A stretch of DNA of 64,000 bases from Octopus sinensis (lineage: Eukaryota), in contig NC_043025.1 of NCBI RefSeq assembly GCF_006345805.1, forward strand, positions 9,114,001 to 9,178,000, given 5' to 3'. Positions 12,752-25,119 of this stretch are shown piece after piece (position 1 is the stretch's first letter; every line of letters begins with the position of its first letter). The notes below the pieces were generated by a model. That model was not told the origin of the DNA. It made no database searches and was given only the letters and a program-made list of their open reading frames with translations. The position numbers and the translations under genes were made by a program.

Positions 12752-14891
12752 GACGAGCTGGCGGAATCGTTAGCACGCCGGGCGAAATGCTTAGTGGTAG
12801 CTCGTCCGCCGCTACGTTCTGAGTTCAAATTCCGCCGAGGTCAACTTTGCCTTTCATCCTTTCGGGGTCGATTAAATAAGTACCAGTTACGCAGTTACTG
12901 ACTAAACTCTTGTGGGTAGTAAAGAAATAGGTATTTCGTCTGCCGTTACGTTCTGAGTTCAAATTCCGCCGAGGCCGACTTTGCCTTTCATCCTTTAGGG
13001 GTCGATTAAATAAGTACCAGTTACGCAGTTACTGACTAAACTATTGTGGGTAGTAAAGAAATAGGTATTTCGTCTGCCGTTACGTTCTGAGTTCAAATTC
13101 CGCCGAGGCCGACTTTGCCTTTCATCCTTTCGGGGTCGATTAAATAAGTACCAGTTACGCACTGGAGTCGATATAATCGACTTAATCCGTTTGTCTGTCC
13201 TTGTTTGTCCTCTCTGTGTTTAGCCCCTTGTGGGTAGTAAAGAAATAGGTATTTCATCTGCCGTTACGTTCTGAGTTCAAATTCTGCCGAGGTCAACTTT
13301 GCCTTTCATCCTTTCGGGGTCGATTAAATAAGTACCAGTTACGCACTGGAGTCGATATAATCGACTTAATCCGTTTGTCTGTCCTTGTTTGTCCTCTCTA
13401 TGTTTAGCCCCTTGTGGGTAGTAAAGAAATAAATATTTCGTCTGCCGTTACGTTCTCAGTTCAAATTCTGCCGAGGTCAACTTCGCCTTTCATCCTTTCG
13501 GGGTCGATTAAATAAGTACCAGTTACGCACTGGAGTCGATATAATCGACTTAATCCGTTTGTCTGTCCTTGTTTGTCCCGTCTGTGTTTAGCCCCTTGTG
13601 GGTAGTAAAGAAATAGGTATTTCGTCTGCCGTTACGTTCTGAGTTCAAATTCTGCCGAGGTCAACTTTGCCTTTCATCCTTTCGGGGTCGATTAAATAAG
13701 TACCAGTTACGCACTGGAGTCGATATAGTCGACTTAATCCGTTTGTCTGTCCTTGTTGTCCTCTCTGTGTTAGCCCCTTGTGGGTAGTAAAGAAATAGGT
13801 ATTTCGTCTGCCATTACGTTCTGAGTTCAAATTCTGCGAGGTCAACTTTGCCTTTCATCCTTTCGGGGTCGATTAAATAAGTACAGTTACGCACTGGAGT
13901 CGATATAGTCGACTTAATCCGTTGTCTGTCCTTGTTTGTCCTCTCTGTGTTTAGCCCCTTGTGGGTAGTAAAGAAATAGGTATTTCGTCTGCCGTTACGT
14001 TCTCAGTTCAAATTCTGCCGAGGTCAACTTTGCCTTTCATCCTTTAGGGGTCGATTAAATAAGTACCAGTTACGCACTGGAGTCGATATAGTCGATTAAT
14101 CCGTTTGTCTGTCTTGTTTGTCCTCTCTGTGTTTAGCCCCTTGTGGGTAGTAAAGAAATAGGTATTTCGTCTGCCATTACGTTCTGAGTTCAAATTCTGC
14201 CGAGGTCAACTTTGCCTTTCATCCTTTCGGGGTCGATTAAATAAGTACCAGTACGCACTGGAGTCGATATAGTCGACTTAATCCGTTTGTCTGTCCTTGT
14301 TGTCCTCTCTGTGTTTAGCCCCTTGTGGGTAGTAAAGAAATAGGTATTTGTCTGCCGTTACGTTCTGAGTTCAAATTCTGCCGAGGTCAACTTTGCCTTT
14401 CATCCTTTCGGGGTCGATTAAATAAGTACCAGTTACGCACTGGAGTCGATATAGTCGACTTAATCCGTTTGTCTGTCCTTGTTTGTCCTCTCTGTGTTTA
14501 GCCCCTTGTGGGTAGTAAAGAAATAGGTATTTCGTCTGCCATTACGTTCTGAGTTCAAATTCTGCCGAGGTCAACTTTGCCTTTCATCCTTTCGGGGTCG
14601 ATTAAATAAGTACCAGTTACGCACTGGAGTCGATATAGTCGACTTAATCCGTTTGTCTGTCCTTGTTTGTCCTCTCTGTGTTTAGCCCCTTGTGGGTAGT
14701 AAAGAAATAGGTATTTCGTCTGCCGTTACGTTCTCAGTTCAAATTCTGCCGAGGTCAACTTTGCCTTTCATCCTTTCGGGGTCGATTAAATAAGTACCAG
14801 TTACGCACTGGAGTCGATATAATCGACTTAATCCGTTTGTCTGTCCTTGTTTGTCCTCTCTGTGTTTAGCCCCTTGTGGGCAATAAGGAAA
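12752..14891 (+). repeat. SINE head followed by a tandem array of SINE body (12 core copies; periods 134, 134, then 181-184 bp)
   Basis: TACGTTCT(G/C)AGTTCAAATT core begins at 12813, 12947, 13081, 13265, 13449, 13633, 13815, 13996, 14178, 14359, 14543 and 14727. Confidence 0.95.
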
Positions 14892-14899
14892 TCGGTTTA

Positions 14900-15700
14900 C
14901 TATGTCGTTTGTTACAATCTATTTATAAACAACCTGGTGCTGTGAATAACTTAATGCCCCGCCCAGCCTGAACACTGATCGGTCAAGGATATACACTGCA
15001 CACAAAAGAGAGGTCTTGACCACGTGTAATATAATACGTTTTTCTGTCAAATATAACGAGCATGCCTCATGATCATGGATTGCGTACGCTTACAAACTTG
15101 CAAGACTTTACTGACCTATTTAAAGAACTTAAGTAATTATCATTGTATATGTGAAAACAAAGACTAGACACCCACGCACATGCAATGGTCTTACGGGAGG
15201 GTTATGCACCCGCCGATACTTGGTGGGAACTAGAAAATTTTCAAGGATTAAAAATAGACGCATCGTGAATGTTTTCTTTAGCTGTGCACATTTAACGTAA
15301 AAATTTGATTTTAGTAGTTAGGGTCACACCTGAGACAGGGGCAAGATGCTCAAGTAAGGGTAACCCATCTCGCCACTGAACGACCACTGTAATACGAAGG
15401 ACGTCGTACACGAGGTAAAGGTAACAGCAATAGGATTAAATAGACAACCAAACGTGCAAAAGTACATTGGAGCAACTGAAGGCCCCTTCAGACCCGGCTA
15501 TAACAACCACAAGTCTTTCCGCATCTAGGAGAGATGTAATTCCACAACCCTGGCCAAGCACGTATGGTCGTTGAAAGACAGCGTCACCAAGAATAACATA
15601 AAGTGGAGGATTCTAGAGAAATGTAAAGCGTACTTCAATAGCAGCAGAAAGTGCAGATTATGTCTGGCTGAGAAAGGATCGATATTAAAGAGATCCCGGC
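14900..15700 (+). mobile_element. Degraded Penelope-like element, GIY-YIG end
   Basis: CNTKDVVHEVKVTA...YIGATEGPF...NNHKSF and STTLAKHVWSLKD...IKWRILEKCKAY...CRLCLAEK are readable in + frames. Confidence 0.8.
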
Positions 15701-15710
15701 CGCTGTGCTT

Positions 15711-15812
15711 CTGACGTCCATACTTTATGATGTGTGCCGCTGAAACCCATACTTTATGATATGTGCCGCTGATGTGCATACTTTATGAAATGTGCCGCTG
15801 ACGTCCATATTT
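15711..15812. repeat. 29-bp minisatellite, about 3.5 copies
   Basis: Units CTGAnnnnCATACTTTATGAnnTGTGCCG start at 15711, 15740, 15769 and 15798. Confidence 0.9.
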
Positions 15813-15967
15813 TAGCTGTTATTGCTATTATTATTGTAATTGTTGTTATTGAATTTACGTCGCCCAGGAGTTATTTCTTTTCCCTTCTCTCTTCTCTTTA
15901 TGTGTGCGGTTGTTGCGAATATTTGTGTGCGGCTTATATTTACGGTGGTGATCCTCCCTGCATCGAC

Positions 15968-15983
15968 CTTCTATCTATCTATC

Positions 15984-16047
<64 letters not shown>

Positions 16048-16076
16048 CATCCATACATCCATCCATCCATCCATCC

Positions 16077-16131
<55 letters not shown>

Positions 16132-16179
16132 CATCCATCCATCCATCATCCATCCATCCATCCATCCAACCATCCATCC

Positions 16180-16247
<68 letters not shown>

Positions 16248-16495
16248 GTCTGTCTGTCTGTCTGTCTGCCTATCTATCTGTCTACCTGTATGTCTGTCTC
16301 TCTGCCTGTCTGTCTATCTATCTGTCCGACCGTCTGTCTATCTGTCTGTCTGTCTTTTTTTTTGTCTTACCCTCCCTTTTGATCAGAATTTTATTTTTCT
16401 CTTTTTTTTCCCGAAAAGAAAAGCTCTACATTGTATTTTGTCCCCTCTGTGTTCCGCCCTGTGTGGCTAATAAAGAAAGATATCTATATATCTAG

Positions 16496-16537
<42 letters not shown>

Positions 16538-16672
16538 CTATCTGTCTTTCTGTCTGTCTAGCTAGCCACACACTCATATACACACACACACACACACACA
16601 TCCATCCATCCATCCTTCCATCCATCCATACATACATACATGCATACATACATACATACATACATACATACA

Positions 16673-16705
<33 letters not shown>
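15968..16705. repeat. Compound microsatellite (TATC/CATC/TGTC/CT/CA/CATA)n
   Basis: Direct inspection; interrupted by a short LINE 3' end. Confidence 0.95.
16354..16486 (+). mobile_element. 3'-terminal fragment of the Tx1-type LINE found at 37.4-39.3 kb
   Basis: AAAAGAAAAGCTCTAC...GCCCTGTGTGGCTAATAAAGAAA matches the reverse complement of 37446-37510. Confidence 0.8.
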
Positions 16706-16708
<3 letters not shown>

Positions 16709-17179
16709 TACATACCTATATGCTTTCGTTTGCACGCACTCCAGTGCGCACGCATACACATTTTTCAAAATTAGTAACTCCAAGTTTCACGCTATCTATA
16801 TTCGTATTCGTATCATCATTACGATTCATTTCCGCTACAAAAACAAATGCGTGGGAGATATCTCATAGATGTCTATATAACATTAATAAATGAACATATC
16901 TCTTTACTGTAGATATCGTACAGCAAAGAGATATTAGCAAGAGAAATACCCCCATACGAAATATCCACATATGGGATATCCATAGACGAGATAATTAGAG
17001 ATGAAATATCCAAAAATGAGGTATTCAGAGAAGAGCTATCCAAAGATTTCATAATTACATATGTATTACAGTTCTATATTGAAGAAATAAGGAATTATGA
17101 ACATTATTTACATTTGACGGATATTTATCCTCATCTTGTTTATTCTTAACACAACGTTTCGGCTGATATACCCCCAAAG

Positions 17180-17502
17180 AGGCACAATGGCCCAGTGGTT
17201 AGGGCAGCGGACTCGCGGTCGTAGGATCGCGGTTTCGATTCCCAGACCGGGCGTTGTGAGTGTTTATTGAGCGAAAACACCTAAAGCTCCACGAGGCTCC
17301 GGCAGGGATGGTGGTGACCCCTGCTGTACTCTTTCACCACAACTTTCTCTCACTCTTACTTCCTGTACTGTTGTACCTGTATTTCAAAGGGCCGGCCTTG
17401 TCACTCTCTGTGTCACGCTGAATATCCCCGAGAACTACGTTAAGGGTACACGTGTCTGTGGAGTGCTCAGTCACTTACACGTTAATTTCACGAGCAGGCT
17501 GT
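17180..17502 (+). mobile_element. tRNA-derived SINE (different family)
   Basis: A box TGGCCCAGTGG, B box GGTTTCGATTCC, followed by about 250 bp of non-tRNA body. Confidence 0.85.
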
Positions 17503-17524
17503 GAAATACATACATACATACATG

Positions 17525-17606
<82 letters not shown>

Positions 17607-17829
17607 ATTATCTATAGACGTTACAATTGTTTCGACACATTTTTACACTTGATCATTGGTGAGATGTTGTGTAATCATTATCACCAATTCGAGGTGTGAA
17701 ATGCACCTTCTTTGAGTAAGACTTTATACGAGCTTTATATAGCATTCCACAAGGGTTTTACCCGTATATTTACTCGCGTATGTGTGTATATGTATAAAAG
17801 CGGAGCAAGAGTGCACACGAAGACGGAAA

Positions 17830-17876
17830 GTGTCGCTGAAGAGTTCACAGAGGTGTGACGAAAGATTTCCGGACGA
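17830..17876 (+). ncRNA. Minimal type I hammerhead ribozyme candidate (Penelope terminal-repeat type)
   Basis: CTGAAGA core (17836), stem II G-(T)-TCACA-gagg-TGTGA-C, GAAA, self-complementary AGATTT stem III, UUC triplet, stem I possible between tgtcg and cg(g)acg. Confidence 0.6.
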
Positions 17877-18109
17877 TAAACATAAATTAGAATAAGAACG
17901 GTAATAAATGAGTGAAAAGGGAATTATATAGTGCGTCTGTTTATTTGGCAAAAAGAGTTTAAAAAATACAATATCTGTTTCAACGCACGGTTTAACATCA
18001 AGAATCTTGCAGCACATATATATATAAAAGGATATATTTACAGAAAACAACAAAAGACGAAGACAGGTGCAGGAATAACAAGCAGGTGCATTAGTTTGAC
18101 TGAATATAT

Positions 18110-18732
18110 ATATAAAATATTAGGGAATAAATCCAAACTTACAGGGAAAAATCAGATTTAGGATTAAATCCAATTTTATAGTAAAATATTATTATTTGAT
18201 TAAACCTTGCTAAGTTAAATATTTAAATCACCTGAAGAATGACTGTAACTCGAAATTTTAAGAATTGGACAGCCATGAAACGATTGTAGTGTTATACTAA
18301 TTATCTTTTTTTAATAATTTTGATATATATTTAAAATAATATAAATTAATTAATCTTATGTATTGGCTTAAGTTTTTCATTGTATGATTTGCCTTATAGT
18401 GGTTTTATCTCTAATTTAATATAATATAATATATATATATAAATTAGAAAAAAAAACACCTTTTATCAATTCATGATATATACGATTTATTTATTATTTT
18501 GCACATTACTTAATCATCGGTATATTATTGTTATTTTATATTTAATATTTCTATTATATGTAATTTTCTAGATGGTGTAATTTAATTGTTCATTTTGAAT
18601 TGATAAAAGGTGTTTTTTTCTAATTTTATATATATATATATTATATATATATATATTATATTTCGTGAAATTTGATTTAGTATTTCTAAATTGAATTTTT
18701 CCCTGTAAGTTATGTATAATATTCCCTCAAAT

Positions 18733-18740
<8 letters not shown>
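18110..18740. repeat. Nested imperfect inverted repeat (MITE or terminal-repeat derived)
   Basis: 18115-18185 resembles the reverse complement of 18662-18740; 18430-18473 nearly matches the reverse complement of 18596-18642. Confidence 0.75.
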
Positions 18741-18764
<24 letters not shown>

Positions 18765-18789
18765 CACTGTATATATATATATTACCAAG

Positions 18790-19017
18790 TCAAAGCCCTT
18801 TGTCAGATCAATGAAGGCCATATATAATGGCATGTTCTGCTCTCTGGACTTCTGAAGTTGGCGTATGGAGAATATCATGTCAATAGTTGATCTGCTTCTT
18901 CTAAAGCCACAGCGCGATTCTGGATAAATTCGAGAAGCAATGGACAGGATAATGCGAGCAGAGGCCTTTCCAACTGTGCTTAGAAGAGATATTCCACGGT
19001 AATTGTTACAATCATCA
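18790..19017 (-). mobile_element. RTE/BovB-type LINE reverse-transcriptase fragment at contig end
   Basis: DCNNYRGISLLSTVGK...IYPESRCGFRRSRSTIDMIFSIRQLQ...PLYMAFIDLTKGFDLV. Confidence 0.9.
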
Positions 19018-19117
19018 NNNNNNNNNNNNNNNNNNNNNNNNNNNNNNNNNNNNNNNNNNNNNNNNNNNNNNNNNNNNNNNNNNNNNNNNNNNNNNNNNNN
19101 NNNNNNNNNNNNNNNNN
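19018..19117. other. Assembly gap (100 N)
   Basis: Exactly 100 N, the usual placeholder for a gap of unknown size. Confidence 1.
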
Positions 19118-20089
19118 TTTTAAAACAACAGATTCAAATCATAGCCTGTTGAATTAGATAAAAGACTTGACATGGCAATAGACAATATCTCAAGAGAGTG
19201 AGTGTCTTGGAATTGAGTGAGAACCAACGAATACTGATTAATTTTCCCCAAATCAGGGTTTTTATAACTGCTCATACCTGAATTCTAAAGAACCGTATTT
19301 CGTGAAAGTTAGAATTCAAATATAGGCAGTAATTTTAACCAATGGGAAACTAACAATCATACCTATTCGGCCAACATGACCACAACATCAGATTACCGCC
19401 GATAAAGGTTTATGACTTGCTACACTACACTACGTTACCCCTACCGTATGTCATTCTCTTTCCCCATTTTCTTTCTTATTTTTCTCTCGATCTCTGTTTC
19501 TCTCTCCCTCCCTGTCTTTCACCATGTTTTTCTCTCGCTCTTCACCTTACACACTTTTTCCCTCTACTTCTTCTTTCTCCCTCATTTTCTCTTGCTATTT
19601 GCCTTTTCCTTCAACTCATCTCCTGACAGTGTTACAGACGCACTAAGTAAATAACTGACGGAGGAAGAAGCAGAATTATTATTAGATGCTTAACAAATAA
19701 TCTATGTTCTAGGCGGTTATTTCCAATTAAATGGCTTGCGTCATTACATTAATCACTTTAAACTTCCAGTTTTGATCGAATATTCCAATACTAAATTGGA
19801 TCGATTAATTCGATCAGATCTATTTCTCAACAAATTTGGAAAAGTTTGACCAACCGCTCGTATGTCTCAAGATGTTGAATAGCAAAGTCAATGTTCTATT
19901 TCATAGGTTAGATATTTTCATCATTCATAATTTAAGCGCGAATTGAATGAAATCTTTTGACCATCGAATAGAATACTTTGCGGTATTTGTTCTGACACTT
20001 GGCAACCTAACTCCAAATCTCGCCGAGTTCAACCTTACCCCATACATTTCCAGATCAATATAGAACCATAACAAAAGAATAAATTAATG

Positions 20090-20950
20090 CAATTATAAGG
20101 ACGTCACAAAAAACACCTTGCAGTATTTTGCCCAGTTGCTTGTCATTTGAGTTAAAATCGCACACGTTTTATTTTTCCGATTATAGAGAAAGGATCTGAC
20201 AGATTCTATAACCCCTGCCAGATCTCCAATACGGGTGAGATAGATACCATTAATACTCCACTTAAGCTGCTGCAGGTCAACATTTGCAGGAATGATGGAG
20301 AGGGTTACTGCCAAGGGGATGAAGTATTTAGCATAGTGGTTAGTACTGGAAACGTAATGAGGTTTAAGGGCGAGGAGCAAAGGCATAGACGACCGAATCT
20401 GTAGTATCTGATTGCTGGGGACAAAAGGTTATTCAGGTCCTAAAAGAAGAGTCCATAACATAACAGCGGCAGACAAGATGCGCAGAGAGAAGATATCCCG
20501 TCTGTAAAAGAGATATTTGAGCGTATCTATTAAGGATAGAGTACCATATAGCCACGTTGACCTTCTGTAGATGTAATCCCGGATGTCTATGCGTGGCACC
20601 GTCCTACATGTAGAAAGATTTCTTTATTGTGGGCATCATGTGAGCATTGTAAACGGTTAGCAGTAGTTTCGGACTGAGATATCTTTTGGCTAAAGATCCT
20701 TGTAGCTAATAATGCCCAGCATTTTCAATGACAAGTGAGCGAAAGCTAACGTTTCAAGTAACACTGAGAGGAACACTTGGCTAATTTCAGTCCTTTACTA
20801 ATGGCCGTATTTCAACATCAGGCCACGGGTATTATTATCCTTCTCGGTCTCTAATGTCTCTATTATAATGGCCTCTTTGAATGGTAATCTTAAACCACAT
20901 CTCGGTGAAATCCACCACCTGGTACTTTGAGTGCCTTAGTTAAGTCCATA
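20090..20950 (-). mobile_element. Degraded CR1/L2/Jockey-group LINE C-terminus
   Basis: Fragments KMLGIISY, RYLSPKLLLTVYNAHMMP and PANVDLQQLKWSIN resemble post-RT regions of these LINEs. Confidence 0.55.
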
Positions 20951-22299
20951 TTATCTTAAACATTCTGATCAGGTCTTTAGTAAAAAAAATACTATCTTTT
21001 CTCCTGACTAGATTCGGCCTCTTGAAGGGTGCCTTTCCTCCTAATCAAAAGTAAATATGAAATTTTTATGGCTGTCACAATTCAAAGATTTGTATATTAT
21101 TGGTGTATAAATAAGTTGAACTTTATTCAAGATAATAGTTTGGAAATCTTGCCAGGCCAACGAAATAACTGGAGATGAACTGGGAGTCTTTTGACACACA
21201 GAATCCGAAAAGGACCTCGATTTAATACGATCACGTCAGGACTTTAATATATTTGATCCACAGAATTTCTTTGTTTTGTTTTGTGTTTTTTCCATAAACC
21301 ACCTCATGAGGAACGTACTTAATATACATGGAAATTGTATTGTCTTCAAAACTAGGAATTTTTTGAAATTCTACTGAAAAACTAGCAAATATCTCTAAAT
21401 TTCTACAGACAATTCACGCCATTATTCATGCCTTATATTTCATGAGTTTGCGTTTGGATGATTGTCATTAGTGCTGAACCTAAAAAGCCCGCCACCATAT
21501 GCAATTCTAATCTGCCTTGATAAGAAGTGGAATTTGAATGATTTTTTTTTCTGGCTGAACTAAAGTCTATTCATTCACATTTAATGACTCTAGAACTAAT
21601 GCTAGGCGCGGCCATTATTTCATTGCCCGATGTGTACCCCGGACCTTTAACAAAATAATCCATAGGCGTTCGTACTAAATTTTACAATATATTTACCTGA
21701 AGTATGAGGAAAATAGTGAAAATTGTGAGATTTGGGTATCTTGAAATCTAGATGTAATCCTAAAAAATGGATTCGACATTTGAATTGAACAAAATACCAG
21801 TTGGGCTGTGTAATCCACGAGGAAGTAATCTTTTACAGTCTCTTGTCCCACTTTTGAGAATTTGCGTCACCCAATAGATTAAAATTTAAATTATGTTTTG
21901 CTTGTTTTAGCTGATCTGAGATCAGCTAAAACAGTTTGACAGTACAGGATCCCATCCATGGCATAGAACAGGAATTTATGCTTTAATAGAGAGGTACTCT
22001 TCTATAGCTTGTTGTTGGATACGAGGACTTGATTTCAGTTTCTGCTCGCAGTATCTGAAAAAGATTGTGTGGTGGAGTGTGTATGAAGATATATGACATA
22101 CATGTTTGGATGTTCAGCTGATGATCATAATATCCCGGGATCAGTTCCTGAAATGAGAGACGTTATTACTTTGATCAAGTCATATACTAAAATATATAAA
22201 AGGAGCAAAAACACTGAAGATTCAGTATACACCACGTGGCAAAATTATGAGTTGAAAATATGTGGAAAACATATATAAAAAGTGGAAGAGAAATGCCTT

Positions 22300-24150
22300 C
22301 GTTTCACATAATTTAATACATTTTTATAAATAATTTTTTTAAATATATACATATTGTATGGATGTAGTGATATTCAACCGTTTTCGCTATTTAAATTAGC
22401 TTTTGAAGGGACATTGTGAAGTAATCAATTCTTGTGACGAATGGGTCTTGCCATTCTGGATACTTGAAAAAAAAGAATGAATTTAGAGAATGGACCAAGG
22501 GAGGTAATAAATGGCAAGAGGGACAACTAACACCTCAGTATAACTTTTGAAGTGGTCAGGTTTGTAGGTAAGGAGTTATCTGTACTTTTCTATGAACAGG
22601 TTTTCTTGTTTATCCATTCTTGTAAGGAGATTGAATCTTTGCACTGGTATAATGGAAAGATATGGAAATTTGGCGTTTTATTTCTTGCGTATCTGTCGGT
22701 ATGTTCGCCCAGGGCTATCTGCCTGTATTGAGGAAAACGAATCTGTTCTTTATGTAGCGTGACCCTTGCTCTCAAAGTAAGGCTCGTTTGGGCAACATAA
22801 TTGTGGCCACAACCTGAGCAGGTTAGGACATAGATAAGTTTCTGGGAAGCACATGTGAAGTTGGTCTTAATTGAGAATATTTCTCCTTGTTGGAATGTGA
22901 ATTCCGAGACTTCAGTTAGGTATGGGCATGTACCACAATTAGGTCGTCTGTGTTTTTGAACTGTTGGTATCGTACGTATTGAGTATAGTTTTGCATTTGT
23001 TAGGAATCTCTTGAGTGATTTGTATTGTCTTTTGCGTATGTGGAGTTTATGTGTAGTTAGGATGTTGTTTATTTTCGGGTCTTGAGTGAGCAGAGGAAGA
23101 TTTTGTACAATTGTGTTGTATGCTTCATTGTTTCTGGAGTTGTGGGTTGATATGTATGGGAGTGATTTAAAGTGAGGTGTGGTGTTCTGTTTTGTTATCC
23201 TAAATTTGTTTGTATCCCATTTCTTGGCACGTTCAATTCCATGGTCGGGTGGGTATTGTCTTTTAATGAGTGTTATTTTGAGGTGTTGTAGGCGAAGTTC
23301 CCGAGTGGTTGTGTCAGATACAATTGTACAGATCCTTTTAGCTAGATTGGATGGGATATTCCTTTTGGTGTATTTAGGATGGCATGAACTGAAAAGGAGA
23401 TACTGTTTTGAGCCTGTTGGTTTGTAGTAGATGTCAATTTGGTTGTTGGATTTTGTTATAACCAAGATGTCCAGAAATGGGAAATATTTCTTGCTATATT
23501 CCATTGTAAATAGAATATTGGAGTTTATATTGTTCAGCGTGGATTTGATATCCAGGTGTTTTTCATAGGTTTCATTCCAGATGATAAAACAATCAACTAG
23601 ATACCTTTTCCAATTTTCTCTTATATACTGGTGGAATGGGGGTCCAAATTTTTGGAGCGAAAGTTCATATAGGTCCTAACCTGCTCAGGTTGTGGCCACA
23701 ATTATGTGGGCCAAACGAGCCTTACTTTGAGACGAAGAGTCACGCTACATAAAGAACAGATTAGTTTTCATCAATGCAAGTGTATAGCCCTGAGTGAACA
23801 TATCCACAGATGCGCAAGAAATAAAACGCCGAATTTCCATATCTTTCCATTATACCAATGCAAAGTTTCTAATCTCCTTACAAGAATGGCTAAATAAGGA
23901 AAACCTGTTCATACAAAAGTCCAGGCAACACCTTAATACACAAACTTGAGCATTTCAAAAGTTATACTGAAGAGTTAGTTGTCTCCCTTGCCATTTGTTA
24001 CCTCCCTTGTCCCACTCTCTAGACTGAATTTTATTTTTCAAGCATCCGAATTGGAGAAACGCCCTTGTCACAATTTAATTAGCGACTACTCGTTGGATAC
24101 CATTACATCCATAAAATATGTATATATCTTTTTAAAAATTATAAATGATA
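22300..24150 (-). mobile_element. Penelope-like element (Neptune-like), 5'-truncated, with inverted duplication of its 3' end
   Basis: ORF 22590-23504: FPFLDI, YYKPTGSKQYL, Cys linker PNCGTCP, GIY-YIG LIYVLTCSGCGHNYVAQT; 23675-24150 is an inverted copy of about 22300-22830. Confidence 0.9.
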
Positions 24151-24444
24151 TGGCATTCCTTCGATATGACTCGACAAAATCAAAACACTTCAATTCGACT
24201 GTTTCCATGAAAAGCTGAAAAGCACGTGGTCAACTCTCATGAAATTGGAGAAGAAAGGTAATGGTTGTACGTGCGTGCTTGTTCCTCTGTCTGTGTGTAC
24301 GCACTTCTTCTTTGTGTGTGTTTGTGTGTGTGTATGTGCGTGCTTGTTCTTGTCTGTGTGTACGAGCATGCTTGTTCTTGTTTGTTTGTTTGTGTATGTG
24401 TGTGAGTGTGTGTGTGAGTGTTTGTGTGTGTGCGTGTGTGTGTG

Positions 24445-25110
24445 CATACACTTAGGCGTTGACATGGCTGTGTGATAAGAATTTTGCTTCTGTATTCAGT
24501 CCTTCTGCGTGTACTCTGGTCTCCAACCGAACAAACCCGTGTATGTTAGTTAATTGGGTACACGTTAGCTGAAGGAAACCCATCGTATATATAAAGTTCC
24601 TGAACGAGTGATGTTTAATAAAAGTAACTTACATTACCTGAGCAATAGTACAACTGCCCCAGTTTTTTGACACTTTTGGAATACGGCCTGGACGTAGTTT
24701 TCCATAGGCGAGTCGAGGACCTCTTGATTTCAACAATGATGTTAAGTTTGCTCTTGATCTCTACCTCTGAGCTGATCTTTCATCTTGAGGAACAGATGCA
24801 AGTCAGCAGGTGGTAAATCTGGCGAATAGGGCAGGTGCGGAAGCGATAGCATGTTGATTTTGGCAAGAAACTTACGAGTAGGTGATAGGTGCATTGTTGT
24901 CGTGAAAAATTCAATATTTCGCGAATCCAGATCCGGTCATTTTCCCCAAACGTCCTCCCTGAAAAAGCTCCCAATGCACAATACCGAAGTTGTCGGGAAA
25001 AATTATGAACATGCTCTTGATTTATTCGTGCGCCCATACACTCGAAACATTATATACGACCCTCTGTCGTACGTAATGTTTCGAGCTGTAAGGTACCGCA
25101 CGAGTGGAAT
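24445..25110. mobile_element. SINE-head plus mariner-remnant composite (copy 1 of 4)
   Basis: Minus frame FHDNNAP...FLAKINMLSLPHLPYSPDLPPADLHLFLKMK; the same SINE/mariner junction occurs at 43.9 and 57.1 kb, and the head alone at 34.76 kb. Confidence 0.85.
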
Positions 25111-25119
25111 TATATATGA

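Noticed and set aside
12752-14891. CRISPR-like regular array
   Set aside because: Units are near-identical end to end with no unique spacers, derive from a SINE, and there are no cas genes; the context is eukaryotic.
17180-17260. tRNA gene (also considered at 4610, 27140 and 59390)
   Set aside because: A/B boxes are followed by long SINE bodies and there is no clean cloverleaf or acceptor stem; these are SINE heads.
19440-19630. Long polypyrimidine tract suggesting an acceptor for a missed LRR exon
   Set aside because: All three phases after the nearby AGs hit stops within a few codons, and no LRR pattern follows.
21120-21180. NSLEILP, an LRR-like peptide after ttcaag
   Set aside because: No 72-nt exon geometry, no donor and no cassette-like flanks.
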